Source of the DNA: Coniocarpon cinnabarinum
Lineage: Eukaryota
Reading direction: 5' to 3'
NCBI GenBank assembly: GCA_051942205.1
Contig: JAVECO010000004.1
Location: 124,001-188,000 of the forward strand
DNA: 64,000 nt
Within the stretch, counting starts at the first letter, position 1. Each line of letters begins with the position of its first letter. Under the pieces are notes generated by a model. That model was not told the DNA's origin. It searched no databases and worked only from the letters and a program-made list of their open reading frames with translations. The position numbers and the translations under genes are program-made. Of this stretch, positions 47,929-58,896 are shown piece by piece.

Positions 47929-49349
47929 ATGGCTGAACCAGACTTAGCAACCGTATCACCCTTTCCACTTCTAAGAGTGCTGGAAGGGTTGAAGAACACA
48001 ACACGTCGAGGATGGGTGAGGAAGGGCATTCCTTCACCGGAAAGCGTCGGAGATCATTCCTTCATGTTGGCGGTAATGGCCTTTATGAAAGCCTATGAGC
48101 TCAATCTGGTACGCACGGTGGGTTCAAAAATTCAAACCAACTGCTAATCTTCCGCAGCCAGCAGAGGCTACGTGCAAGGCTGTCACTATAGCTCTCGTGC
48201 ATGATTTTGGCGAATCCATTATTGGAGACATCACACCTTATGATGGGGTCTCTAAAGGTATTGCGCTATGCTAAAATCGTGAGATTGGCTGATCAACTAT
48301 ATAGAGGACAAGAATTTTCGCGAGAGCCTCGCATTTGACTATCTGGCCAGACTTGCTGGGCCGAATCTTGGGCGCAAGATAAAATCACTTTGGCAGGAGT
48401 TTGAGGAGGGCACTACCCGTGAGGCGAGGCTGGTTCGGGGTCTGGATAGGCTTGAATGCGTTGCCTAAGCCAAAGCATATGGAGAGCGCTCTCATCAATT
48501 GAAAGATCTATCAGCTTTCTAGGAACCCTCGGAGATGCTTCATCAACCGGACCTCCAGAGATAGACGTCACTCCTGGCTTAAGATTGGGCGACATCTACG
48601 AAAAGACAGAGCGGAAAATACGTTGTGTTGTTTGTAATTGGTAAGTAATGCGACTGGACATCGACCGTGTGCTAACGAAGCCGTAGGAGGGCCTGGGTTA
48701 GGTAAAGGAACACAGTGCGCACAGCTCGCGCGTAATCTCGGATTCGTCCACATTTTAGTTGGAGACATTCTACGAGAAGAGGCTACACAGCCGTCCTCGC
48801 CCTTTCGAGATTTCATTAATATAAGCATGCAGGCTTCGGTAACCGTGCCTCCTTATCTGACAATGCGACTGCTACAAGAACGCCTGGACCTGTACGCGGG
48901 AGCGAAGTTCTTACTCGATGGGTTTCCGAGAAGTGTGGATCAACTGATTGCTTTTAAAGAATGCGTAAGGACGTGCAATTCGTGTGCCTCGCATTAAGCT
49001 CACAACGCTGTAGGTATCAAACACGTGGGCAACTGTATTCCTCGAATGCTTAGAGAACACTATGGTTGAGCGGCTTTAAGCGCGCGCGAATGTCTCCCGC
49101 AAAGTCGATGACAATAAATCGTTAGTAGCGTTGCGACTTCGAGAGTTCAATTCATCCGTCCTAGCACTTGCGGCGTGTCTTAAAGAGAAGAACCTATTCG
49201 AGAGTGTAAGTTCCTCGTCACTTGTAAGAATTGTACTAAGATGGGGCCAGGTCAAGTGCGATAGGACTATCGAGAGCGTCTACCTTGATGCAAGAGCAAC
49301 AGTTGAGAGACTGTTGAAACGTCTTGATGTCGCGTACCATTATATATAG
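47929..49349 (+). pseudogene. HD-domain 5'-deoxynucleotidase fused to a UMP-CMP/adenylate kinase, inactivated by RIP-type stops
   Basis: HD motifs LKNTTRRGW, ESVGDHSF, ALVHDFGESIIGDITPYDG and WQEFEEG...LDRLEC. Kinase motifs FVIGGPGLGKGTQC and FLLDGFPRS. In-frame stops at 48466, 48520, 48562, 48580 and 49077. Confidence 0.82.
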
Positions 49350-50724
49350 GCCAATCACTTACTTAACACCAAAGTCTTTTACGTTTGCATCTGCCTCACC
49401 GACTAACAGAAAAGTCAGAGAGCCATCGATGCTTCCTTCCCAAGTTTCTTGATATTGTTCTAAGGCCGGCACTCCTTGTAACTCTTGGTTTGCTAGCGTT
49501 ATGTACTCTGACAGATCTTTCGGAATCGATTTTGCGTGCCGTACAAACGTTAATAAGACGTTGCTTATGGTAAGGTTTTGTTGCAGCAACTTATTAGCAG
49601 TTGATAGATGTCGCCACTTGTAGTGCTGGTTCTGTGAGCAAATGCGTGTACCCCTATGCCGCGTTAGACAACATACCATTTCGTTTCGGTGAATAACCCA
49701 AAACATGAGCCGCTATACATCTCGTTCTAGGACGTGAAGTATTACTAGCACAGCTGTTAAGACTAATTCCTATACGGTGGTCTGACGCTTGTAGAAGGCA
49801 TCATGAAGGTCCTTCAGCAGTCTACATTCCAACTCGATGATATACAACTCTAGACGGCGATCAAGTTGGTTCTGTAGCACCCGAGGAACAGGTATGATAC
49901 TATTAAGTGGGCACTCTAAGTCTTGTATTCGAGCTATACCAAGATCCTTCCCGCCCGCATTTTGCCATCCCTTCGTGAGAAGTTGAGTCGCGACAAGCAG
50001 TTGACGTGCCTCTTGAACCAGAGGATCCTGTAGGAGTAAGTTGAAGCGTTTGAGTAACTATGAGCTCGAACTTTACCTCTCTAGGAGCATTTAATATTTC
50101 TAACATTGGGCAAAGGAAGCCCGAGCCGCTTGATTTTGAACTAAAGTAGGGAGACAGATGTTGGTCGACGTACTCTTCTACATGTACTTGTTCTGCCAAC
50201 TGGAACGCCGTTGTCTCTATCGACCTCCAGCCTCTCGAGCATTTGAAGAAGAGTCGGGTATGGTCAGCTTTAAGAGGATGAAATTGTCGACATTTGACTG
50301 ATAGTGATGGTCCTCATATCTCGTATCGAAGACTTACTTCAATTGACGTAGGTGTACTGCGCAGACTGTCCCAAGTCAACTGGGAGCTGTAGTGGCTATT
50401 CTTCCCTGCCAGAGGGTTATAAGTGAATTTCAAAACCATTTTGGGGAACTCACACTTGGAAAAAACAGTGAGCTCTGCTAAACGAGCTAGTGTGCAGATG
50501 CTCGGTGGAATAGATTGCCCTGCGCACCGCCGGCAAATACCCTTTCCAGGCTTGCACTATTGAATTTAAGCACTGGAATCATTTCTTCAAACACGGCGCT
50601 TACTTTTCTTTTACCAAGCCAACACAGTATGCATGCCGCCCTACGCTCCGTACGCCGAATTCTGGCGCTTGACGTGTCTGAAGCAATCAAGCGTCGGCGT
50701 TTGGTGCCTGATGTCTCCATCCCG

Positions 50725-51020
50725 TTATTATCGGTTCTAAGATTTTCGATTGTCTCCCTCCCGTTATCGGTTCCAGGATTTTCAATTCTCTTCTCCCCGT
50801 CATCGGTTCCAAGATTTTCAATTCTCTTCTCCCCGTCATCTGTTCCAAGATCTTCAACTGTCTCCCTCCCGTTATGCGTTCTAAGATCTTCAAGGGTCTC
50901 CCTTCTGTTATCGGTTCCAAGATCTTCAATTGTCTCCCTCCCGTTATCGTTTCCAAGATCTTCAATTGTCTCTCTCCCGTTATCCGTTCCAAGATCTTCG
51001 ATTGTCTTCCCCCTGCTATC
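50725..51020 (-). repeat. 36-bp coding minisatellite, about 8 copies (TDNGRETIEDLG)
   Basis: Visible in the DNA (CCGTTATCGGTTCCAAGATCTTCAATTGTCTCCCTC on +) and in the translation. Confidence 0.92.
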
Positions 51021-51309
51021 GGCGCGAGAGACACATGGATCCGTTGTTTGAAACTCGATTCCAGTTGTATTGGTTGGTTCTTGAGGACCGGTCACTTCGT
51101 ATGCCAAACGAGTACCAACATCTTCTTGCGCATTATAGCCTGGTTGAAACCCATCGATGGCCGACAGAGTTGGCAATTGGATGTCAGGAAAGAAAAGCGT
51201 GTTCAGTTGCTCAGCCGGCGGGGTAAAGGTAGCACTCGCATGAATAGTTTCTCCATTTAGAAGGTCAACATAAGCGCTTGTGTTCTGGCCTAAATGGCCG
51301 CCGGAGGGG

Positions 51310-51490
51310 AAGAAGCTGTTAGAGTGAGAAAAGCTGTTGGAGTGAGAAAAGCTGTTGGGGTGAGAAAAGCTGTTGCAGTGAGAAAAGCTGTTGGAGTGAG
51401 AATAGCTGCTGGAGGGGGAAAAGCTGGAAGAAAAGCTGCTGGAGGGAGGAAAGCTGCTGGGAGCAAAGCTGGGGGCAAAGATGCTGGAGG
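51310..51490 (-). repeat. 18-bp and shorter coding repeats (SHSNSF / PSSSF)
   Basis: GTGAGAAAAGCTGTTG units on the + strand. Confidence 0.88.
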
Positions 51491-52046
51491 GAGGAACGCT
51501 GTCCGGAAAGGAAGATGCGATATTTCGGGTTCTGAGAATGGTCGCAAGAGCGTTGAAGGCTTCCTCACTAATACAATAGCGAGTGCGCCAGTCGTATAGC
51601 GAGTCGTCCGCGGCGGCAGTCGCTGAACAGTTCTCCGGGTGATCGGACATAGCCTTCGTTCGTGACACGAAGCAGGCTGAGCATTAAGTTGATCTTGAAA
51701 TACTCAACGTGATTCTAAGTTGTGTTGAAGCTATGTAGTGTATGTGAAATAGAGAGGACGCGTCTAGAGTATTCGTGGCATTCTTGCCTGAGGCCCTCTA
51801 GGTAATAGCTCGATTTTAGCAACACGCAGATTTGTCCACGAATAAAAGCACGAAATGTGCCATGATCAAGAGGTCACCGCACTGCGTACAGGCAATGTTC
51901 AGATCCAATGGTCATCACTTGCATGTAACCATCCATTGGCATTGTTTGCGGCACAAGTGACGTAGGTCTTTGTCGGCTGCACAAAGCTGGCGGCCCCCAC
52001 AACCTTCCACGTCAGCTTCGACGCACATTCCAATAGATCTTTGACA

Positions 52047-52779
52047 ATGTCGCCCATGCCAGCGCCTGAATCGGTAATTGAAAAAATAAACTGCGACGGT
52101 TTCTGGTATCAACCGGATAAGAATGTGGGCGACGCCTTGCACGACTACATATCTCAATGTGGACGACGCTTTGGCACGCCACCAGGACTACACTTGATTG
52201 GAAAATTTTCAACACGTCATCAACTCGTGCGGTCCGTTTTAGAGGCTTTGCTGGACGAGTGCAGCCTCAGCGTGTTCAAAATACATGGCTCGACTCCGGA
52301 TATCCATTGTGCGCTTGGGGATACCTCCACATCTCATGCTTGCTGGTACACCTTTGCCAGAGGAACAGTGCTATTACTTTCTACTCGGGAACTCACCACG
52401 CCAATGTTAGTCGGATACATTCAAGGTTCGGATTGCTGAGTGTAGCAGATGAACGCAGCTTGCTCGATTTCTCTTACACTCGAGTCTTTATGCCACACGG
52501 TGGACTGTAAGCTATAGACATTTACGCACCTCCTTAATTCACTGACGTAGCTATAGTGCGATTCTTGATGCGAGAACATTATTTTGAGCGGAAATGGGGA
52601 CGAGCATTCTCCTTGGATTTGCTTGCCGCACATTAGCAAATTCCTGGAAGCTGATTGCAACGCTGCCAGACCCTGATGGCCTTGTTTCTGCAGCGCTGAA
52701 GGACATGGAAACGAACAAGATCAGTATCCGAATAGCTTCAGATCGAGAAACACAAATCACAACACAGAGGGACGTCTGA
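52047..52779 (+). CDS. Hypothetical cargo protein, probably intron-containing
   Basis: ATG 52047 ORF and downstream ORF 52594-52779, with possible donors near 52406 and 52507. No recognised domain. Confidence 0.35.
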
Positions 52780-53073
52780 TGACACGGTAGCTGCAGGCAT
52801 AGCGTCACAGACGCGGTGATAAGAGGTGCATTAAAGGCCAGCAGTATCCTTAAGACTTAACAACCGGCACCCTCCACTCGATATATTAAACGCGGTCGGT
52901 CGGGGAAGCTCGACACCTTACCAGCGCAGATCATTTGTAAAAGTATCGCTGCCAACCCCAAGCCCGTCGAAATATCCAGTATAGGCTGTACATGCGCCCT
53001 CAAGGCGCACGCCGCTTTCCATCGTATTTTCGAAAAGTCCTGTTGGAGCCTCGTGTAACGCAGTCGTATTGCT

Positions 53074-53778
53074 TTAGTCGAGGCCAAAGCCTTTAGCGCC
53101 ATAGGTGGTATTTGGAAGACCGAAGGTGTCCTCAGCAAAGATAAGGTCATTATGAAGTTGGTCGTTCAAAGTTTTATGATCCATCGCTGGAAGCTCTTGC
53201 AAAGCTTTCACATTGCAGCATTCTTGGAGCCCAATGTCTGTGCTGGTAGTGTTCGTCAATTTTACGTCGCAACGCACACCGCTTGCAGGTTGACTATATG
53301 CAGCTTCCTTCAGCCGTCCATCCGTGTCTTGTGGCATCGAAAGACCACTTTCGGCAGAAACCCGCCCGCCATTTTGTGGACTCTCGAAAATGGTTGAATG
53401 AATATGTTCAGGTTTGACTGCCTGCTTCTTGCATTGGCGCCTGTGCTTATCTCTCCAGGTCTTTGTCTTGAAACCCTGACGGCATCGCGAACATCGAAAA
53501 AGGACGTCAGTATCGGCGCGTACAAGCTGGCGCGCAGATCTTCCTGGGTGATCTGGTGACAGGAGCACATCTGGAACAGCCGTGTCTGGCCCATGCTGGT
53601 TGCGCTCATGTCGTCTCACTGCATCGAGTCTCGCGAAAGGTTTTTGACAATATCGGCAAAGGCATTGAGCATGCGACTGCAGAACGTGGTCAATAAGAGA
53701 TAGTTCCTTCCTGAACCAGTCACGGCACCAGCGACAGCGAAGGCGTCGGTGAGAATCCTCAGGGTAAAGATTCTTCAT
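53074..53778 (-). CDS. C2H2 zinc-finger protein (3 fingers)
   Basis: CRWCRDWF...HVLQSH, CRYCQKPFARLDAVRRHERNQH and CSRCRQGF...HRRQC. ATG at 53778. Confidence 0.7.
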   Translation of the reverse strand: MKNLYPEDSHRRLRCRWCRDWFRKELSLIDHVLQSHAQCLCRYCQKPFARLDAVRRHERNQHGPDTAVPDVLLSPDHPGRSARQLVRADTDVLFRCSRCRQGFKTKTWRDKHRRQCKKQAVKPEHIHSTIFESPQNGGRVSAESGLSMPQDTDGRLKEAAYSQPASGVRCDVKLTNTTSTDIGLQECCNVKALQELPAMDHKTLNDQLHNDLIFAEDTFGLPNTTYGAKGFGLD

Positions 53779-53780
53779 AC

Positions 53781-54368
53781 TTGAAGGAAGATTGGAGCTG
53801 GAGCGCCCATCTTTCACGAGCGTCCTCTCACGATCCAGAACCTCTGATTGAGACTATCCTCACCTCTCGAGCTTGCGACTTTTGCTGTCAGGCAAGGCGC
53901 AAGTGCACACGGAAACTCCCAGAGTGTGAAGGATGCGAGTCTGAGGATCGAGCCTGCGTGTACTCCAGGGAACAACCACATTCGTCCGTCCATGTTACTT
54001 TTGATGATATACGTGCCGCTTCATACAACGGGCTGACCTGTGGAGGGATTCAATCTGGGAGCGAGTTTGAACAGATTGACATTAAATGCTGGGAGTCATC
54101 ATCTGAGTATTTCTTCCGATGTCCGGACACTTCCAGACTGTGGTGCCCCCTTTGCGATATCATTATTCCAAACGAAGATCACCTGGCAGCACATGTCAAG
54201 CTGCGAAAACATCGAAGAGGCCTTACTTGTGGTTTCTGCAATCGGGAGGAAACGTCCGTAAAGGCGCTACAAGACCACATCAAATCCCACTACCACCGAG
54301 ACTTCTGCCAGACGTGTAACAAATTGGTAAGATTAAGCAGACGCCATCCTGGATCCGTCGCTCAGTAA
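53781..54368 (+). CDS. Zn2Cys6 plus C2H2 zinc-finger coding segment with no in-frame ATG
   Basis: ACDFCCQARRKCTRKLPECEGCESEDRACVY, CPLC...HVKLRKH and CGFC...HIKSH. Confidence 0.65.
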   Translation: MKEDWSWSAHLSRASSHDPEPLIETILTSRACDFCCQARRKCTRKLPECEGCESEDRACVYSREQPHSSVHVTFDDIRAASYNGLTCGGIQSGSEFEQIDIKCWESSSEYFFRCPDTSRLWCPLCDIIIPNEDHLAAHVKLRKHRRGLTCGFCNREETSVKALQDHIKSHYHRDFCQTCNKLVRLSRRHPGSVAQ

Positions 54369-54608
54369 GTGTTTCACCTCAACAACCGAGCTGCTACTAA
54401 TATGCTCGCAGTCTAAGAAGTGCGCGGCGCCAACGGCAACAGCAAGGAATATTCGAGAGCCGAATTTTTGCGGAGTAGGATCGTCACATCCAGTGTACTG
54501 GAGGTTACAGGCGCTTAACTCGTGAATGCTTCTTGTATTGAACACGAATTAGGCGCCACCGAATCTGAAATGCAAAACTGTACCCACCTATCTACCTGTT
54601 CTACAAGT

Positions 54609-55037
54609 ATGTCTTTTATCATTTTGCTGGCTGTTCTTCGCGAACTTGTACTAAGTGACCTCAACGATGCGGGGAGCTTTCAAACTATCCAAACACTGCT
54701 CATAACTTGCACAGCACTACACTCTGAGCTACGGCTACTCGCTCTGCTACGTCTCGAGTCAGAGCAAGCTGTCTTGTCAACGCTTTGCAAAGCCAGAGAC
54801 ATCGCTGTCTCGAGATACAACGCGCTCGCTATGCTACCCAGACGAAATTCTGAACAGAGTGCACGATTTCAACTGTATAGACATCGACTTCATATTGAAA
54901 AATCGCTTGAAAGCCAGTCGCAGCAAGTGTACCAACTTCGCAAAATTCTTGACTACTCTGTTCGTTGCTCACGCATTCAACTCAACAGCGAGCTTGAGAG
55001 TAGAGTAGAGAGTTGTCTAGCGGATCTGCCGTGGTAG
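54609..55037 (+). CDS. Small hypothetical protein, possibly with a degenerate F-box-like N-terminus
   Basis: MSFIILLAVLRELVLSDL...LLITCTALHSE pattern. Confidence 0.35.
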   Translation: MSFIILLAVLRELVLSDLNDAGSFQTIQTLLITCTALHSELRLLALLRLESEQAVLSTLCKARDIAVSRYNALAMLPRRNSEQSARFQLYRHRLHIEKSLESQSQQVYQLRKILDYSVRCSRIQLNSELESRVESCLADLPW

Positions 55038-55326
55038 GAGAAAGTGGATTGTATTGATGGAGGGCTTTGCAGCTATAAATCTGGTCGTTGAAACACATGT
55101 AATATCCGTGCAAAGACTAGCGAAACTCTCCTATTCTCGACTGTCCCAGGATGAGGTGAAAGATCGGTTATCTATGTGTCATTACTGGACCGAGATCCCT
55201 TGCGAGCATTGTGCAACCGTCGACAGAGGTGTGTTGTGGACAAGCAGCGTAAAGCGTCAGAGAGGATTCGCTGGGTGGGAAGCCTCGCCGGATGGAGTTT
55301 AATCACACAACCGGTATTGGGCTTGA

Positions 55327-56154
55327 TCAACATGAATGTGGGGCCTGATGCGCATGTAAAAGAGCCGTCTCTTGGTCATCCGGCGCGTGAATATCCACGC
55401 GCTGAGCTGAATCCTGGACAAGAGGAAGTGATGGTCCTGATCGTTGGAAATCACCACGTCGTCGGCGCGGCGAAGCCGGCCGAGGAAAGAATTTTTTGCC
55501 GCCGTCGCTTTTGTATAACGCTGGCGCAAGGACATCTCGTTCTTTCTTATAGAAATCTCGATCCTCGCAGACAACCTTCAGAAGCTGTTTTAAATCCATA
55601 ATCTCTTGCGTAGCGGCTAATTGTCTCTCTTTCCGGCGGGTTCGGAACTTCCTAGAAGCAATCGCCTGTTTCTGCCGCTTGTTGCTTGAATCTCTACTGT
55701 GATATACGGTGATTGGAAAGGGACTATGTGGAGGTCGGGCGGACGTATACGTAGTGTTTTGACTTGGGAGCTGAATTTGTGGGAAGATCTGGTCATCGAG
55801 CGTGTTGCTGGCAGTGAGACACGGGGAGATCTCTCGCCCCATCAGAGGCGGCGTTATGGTCTTATCATGGCTGCGCGGCGAAGCATGGTCATAGATCTGG
55901 CTTGAGGCGGTCTTGGGAGATACCAATGCTAACGGTGGAATAGGCGCGGGCGGAGCGAGTGGAGAGTAGTTCGATGACAGCTGGCATCCATCACCCTGGA
56001 GACGTCCAGTGGATGGCATTGGAACTTTGAGCTTTCGTGCTTGGGTTCGCTCAATACCCTGCTCTTCGTCGTTGTCGGATCTTAACAGAGTTTCCACAGA
56101 TATGCGATCACTCGGCTTGGACGTGATGATATTCATGCGACTTGCATGCTCCAT
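55327..56154 (-). CDS. bZIP transcription factor
   Basis: Basic region KRQKQAIASRKFRTRRKER followed by a zipper ending DRDFYKKERD. Confidence 0.78.
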   Translation of the reverse strand: MEHASRMNIITSKPSDRISVETLLRSDNDEEQGIERTQARKLKVPMPSTGRLQGDGCQLSSNYSPLAPPAPIPPLALVSPKTASSQIYDHASPRSHDKTITPPLMGREISPCLTASNTLDDQIFPQIQLPSQNTTYTSARPPHSPFPITVYHSRDSSNKRQKQAIASRKFRTRRKERQLAATQEIMDLKQLLKVVCEDRDFYKKERDVLAPALYKSDGGKKFFPRPASPRRRRGDFQRSGPSLPLVQDSAQRVDIHAPDDQETALLHAHQAPHSC

Positions 56155-56499
56155 GGAGAGCTTTGCAGAGGAGCGCAAGGCAGTGCACGAATTGAATTTT
56201 CACTGCGATTCCAGCATTAGAAAACTCTGAATCATTGAAAAAGCGGCTTTCGGAGCTGTTGAAATTAATTGCTCACAAGATTTCTTGCAATAGAGGTGCG
56301 AAGCTTTCATACGCTCAGTGTCGAATTCGCGTCGAAGCGTTTGAAGAGGGATTAAGACGACTGAAAGGGGCCTCGCCAGGAAGCGGTCGTTTGCCGCGGC
56401 GAGTTGTCTTTGCAGCCAGAGAGTCGCCCGCAGACAACCTTATCTGCAGCTAAAGTTGTGCATTGTTTCACGTTAAGGTCGTCCGCAGCGATGAAGTTG

Positions 56500-56716
56500 T
56501 CCGAGCGAAAGAGTTGTGCGCAGCGGAAGAGTTGGCAGCGAAAAAGATGGCCGCAGCGAAAAAGATGGCCGCAGCGAAACAGATGGCCGCCGCGAAAGAG
56601 TTGGCCGTGGGCCGCAGCAAAAGAGATGGCCGCAGCAAAAAAATTGGCCGCAGCGAAAAAATTGGCAGCGAAAAAGTTGGCCGCAGCGAAAGAGTTGGCC
56701 GCAGCGAAAAAGTTGT
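56500..56716 (+). repeat. 15/18-bp minisatellite (GCCGCAGCGAAAAAGTTG, encoding AAAKKL), about 12 units
   Basis: Directly visible. A 1-nt insertion near 56610 shifts the AAAKKL frame. Confidence 0.93.
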
Positions 56717-56809
56717 CCGCCCTACAAATAGTTTCATTAGACCGTGTACCACTTTTGACCTGATGGTTCGATTGAGCTGTGCATATTCTCGAACCCTTCA
56801 CTAGCCGCA

Positions 56810-57400
56810 ATGGATGCCAACTATCCTACCGCGACCCAAGTGCCTTCTCCCTCCCGTTCGAAGCCGAGCGGCGTTTGCCAGGAAACCGATTCTTCCGAAA
56901 ATGTGCACCCTGAAGCCTCACAGGACCGAGTTGTCGACCAGGATACAGATACCGTTGAGATCGTTCGCTATGAAGCGTCGCAAAGTGTTGGCCGGAATAC
57001 AGAATGTTTTGCGATCGTCCCCAATAAAGCCTTGCTGGGAAGACCTGAGATCATCCACTGCGCAGCTTCACAAGTTGTCAGCCACGAGCCGGTTTCCGTT
57101 GAGAATGTCAACCCCTCCGGCTCCAGAGAGTTTTACTCAAAACTTGGCGACATAGCCTTTTATCACTGGGAAAACGAGGACGGGAGAATCCGCATCAAGC
57201 TCCCACTCCTCAGCTCCAAGGGCGAGAAAGCAGGCCGCTTCGAGAGAATCTATCCTAGCTCTACGCACTTGGACCTGGATGCCATGGTTTTCTACCATTG
57301 GGACAGTGAGAACTCGAAGTGCGAACTGACACTTCGTGAAGCGTGGGTTATACAGGGCATGCATGACGAACAAAGTGGAAAGAGCATCCAAGAGACATGA
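56810..57400 (+). CDS. Hypothetical cargo protein with a duplicated FYHW(E/D) motif
   Basis: 196-aa ATG ORF containing IAFYHWENE and MVFYHWDSE. Confidence 0.5.
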   Translation: MDANYPTATQVPSPSRSKPSGVCQETDSSENVHPEASQDRVVDQDTDTVEIVRYEASQSVGRNTECFAIVPNKALLGRPEIIHCAASQVVSHEPVSVENVNPSGSREFYSKLGDIAFYHWENEDGRIRIKLPLLSSKGEKAGRFERIYPSSTHLDLDAMVFYHWDSENSKCELTLREAWVIQGMHDEQSGKSIQET

Positions 57401-57702
57401 TCAACACCATGCTGAAACTCCGATTGTACTGTCAAATACCACAGGAGGACAGGACAGCGTTCCGAGTACTGTTGTAGGACGTGCGCGTTGCAAGAGAGTT
57501 GGGTCAAGATCATCTCAATTTCCGTCATAAGCCATGTGACATGGCCTGACATGTGTCAGTTTTGCTGCTTCCAGTGCTTGCACAAACCTTGCACACATGC
57601 CTTTCATAGTGTAATGACGAGGGCAATCGGCTATAAACCTTTGTGTCCCTTGTGAAGTACAGAGACCTTTGAAAAGGCTCAGGTGGAAGACGATCCAATT
57701 CA

Positions 57703-58611
57703 TCAAAGCCAGTATTCTACTTGACCTTGCTCATCCATACCCACGGCATCACTACCATCCCTCGAGAGAGCATCAAGGCTATGCTCTTCTCTTCTTTTGT
57801 CCTCTTGTTCTTCGTGGAGATTGCGTTGCATCACAGCCCATCCTTCCCAAGGCGTCGGATATGATTGCAGATTCTGTGCACTGCGCGCGATGCATAGCAA
57901 ACCGAAATCATTGGCAAAATGGTCTGAACAGTAATCACACGTTGTTACGCCGCATGTGTTGCACATCATGGCGTTATCTGGGTAATTGAATAGAAGGACT
58001 CCAGGATATATGCAGCGTCGACAGTATAGTGACGTCATCCAGACATGAACTGCCTTGTTGTCATACTGAAAGCCACGTGACGTCTCAAAGCGGGATCCTT
58101 CAGCCCGTAGCGCTTGGATTTCTCGAGCCAGCCACTCTGTTTGTTCGAATTTTGTTTCTGTCCAGTGACAACTGAGAAGTGTCACATCAACCTGAGCATG
58201 TCGATTGACCATTCCCATAGACTGTCCATCTCCAAATAAAAGTTTGAAATCCTGCACTGCAGCATTCCTGCTAGTAAGAGAGCGTAGTACAAGCGTGGTA
58301 CGAGGACATTGTGCGAGCAAAGCTTCGGAGATCCTCCTAATCTCAGATGTACAAGGCATTCCTAGATGCCACAATGCTCTTCCATGTCGGGGTAGAAGGT
58401 CGACTGTCTCTTGATGAAGCTGGCGATTGACAAGTAGGAGTCCAGGTACCTTTTCCTGCCGCACTTGTGCACGAATGTTTAAAGTGATGGAGTAGGAAGA
58501 GTTTACCACCTCAGCGAGAATTACAAGACGTATCTCTACTGGTAATGAGACGAGAGCCATGTGCAGTTGATATGGCAAAAACACAACCTCTAAGCTAACA
58601 ACCTTGGGCAT
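57703..58611 (-). CDS. F-box-like protein with a Cys-rich C-terminus
   Basis: LVSLPVEIRLVILAEVV...PGLLLVNRQLHQE, then CxxC motifs CRRC, CNTC and CDYC..H. The true start may be 58560. Confidence 0.6.
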   Translation of the reverse strand: MPKVVSLEVVFLPYQLHMALVSLPVEIRLVILAEVVNSSYSITLNIRAQVRQEKVPGLLLVNRQLHQETVDLLPRHGRALWHLGMPCTSEIRRISEALLAQCPRTTLVLRSLTSRNAAVQDFKLLFGDGQSMGMVNRHAQVDVTLLSCHWTETKFEQTEWLAREIQALRAEGSRFETSRGFQYDNKAVHVWMTSLYCRRCIYPGVLLFNYPDNAMMCNTCGVTTCDYCSDHFANDFGLLCIARSAQNLQSYPTPWEGWAVMQRNLHEEQEDKRREEHSLDALSRDGSDAVGMDEQGQVEYWL

Positions 58612-58896
58612 GTCTTAAATAGCTAATGACTTGGCGCGTGGCCTGTGATCGTCGTGATCACAGGCGCGTAGTTCGAGTTCAACCGGCGTTTGTCTCGTGT
58701 TGCGTGGTTTGAGGAAATGGCACCAATGACTCTGCTCCATTTGAAGCCGTTCACTCGGCGGATGAATCCTTAGTAGGTCATACCCAAAGAAGCAAGCAAA
58801 TTAGATTGTCAACTATACACTGACACCAATGTACACCATATCTTTGACAGCTGAACTCAAAATGTCTGGAGTGCTTGAGTACTGATACGTGAGGCT

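Larger units (their letters stand above)
49359..51650 (-). pseudogene. Repeat-rich Zn-cluster-like protein with a stop-interrupted 3' half
   Basis: CILCWLGKRK|CKPGKGICRRC...C across an intron (about 50601-50553). Downstream frames are fragmented and TpA-rich. Confidence 0.55.

Noticed and set aside
56500..56716. CRISPR array (also considered for 50725-51020)
   Set aside because: Head-to-tail repeats without unique spacers, eukaryotic context and no cas genes.
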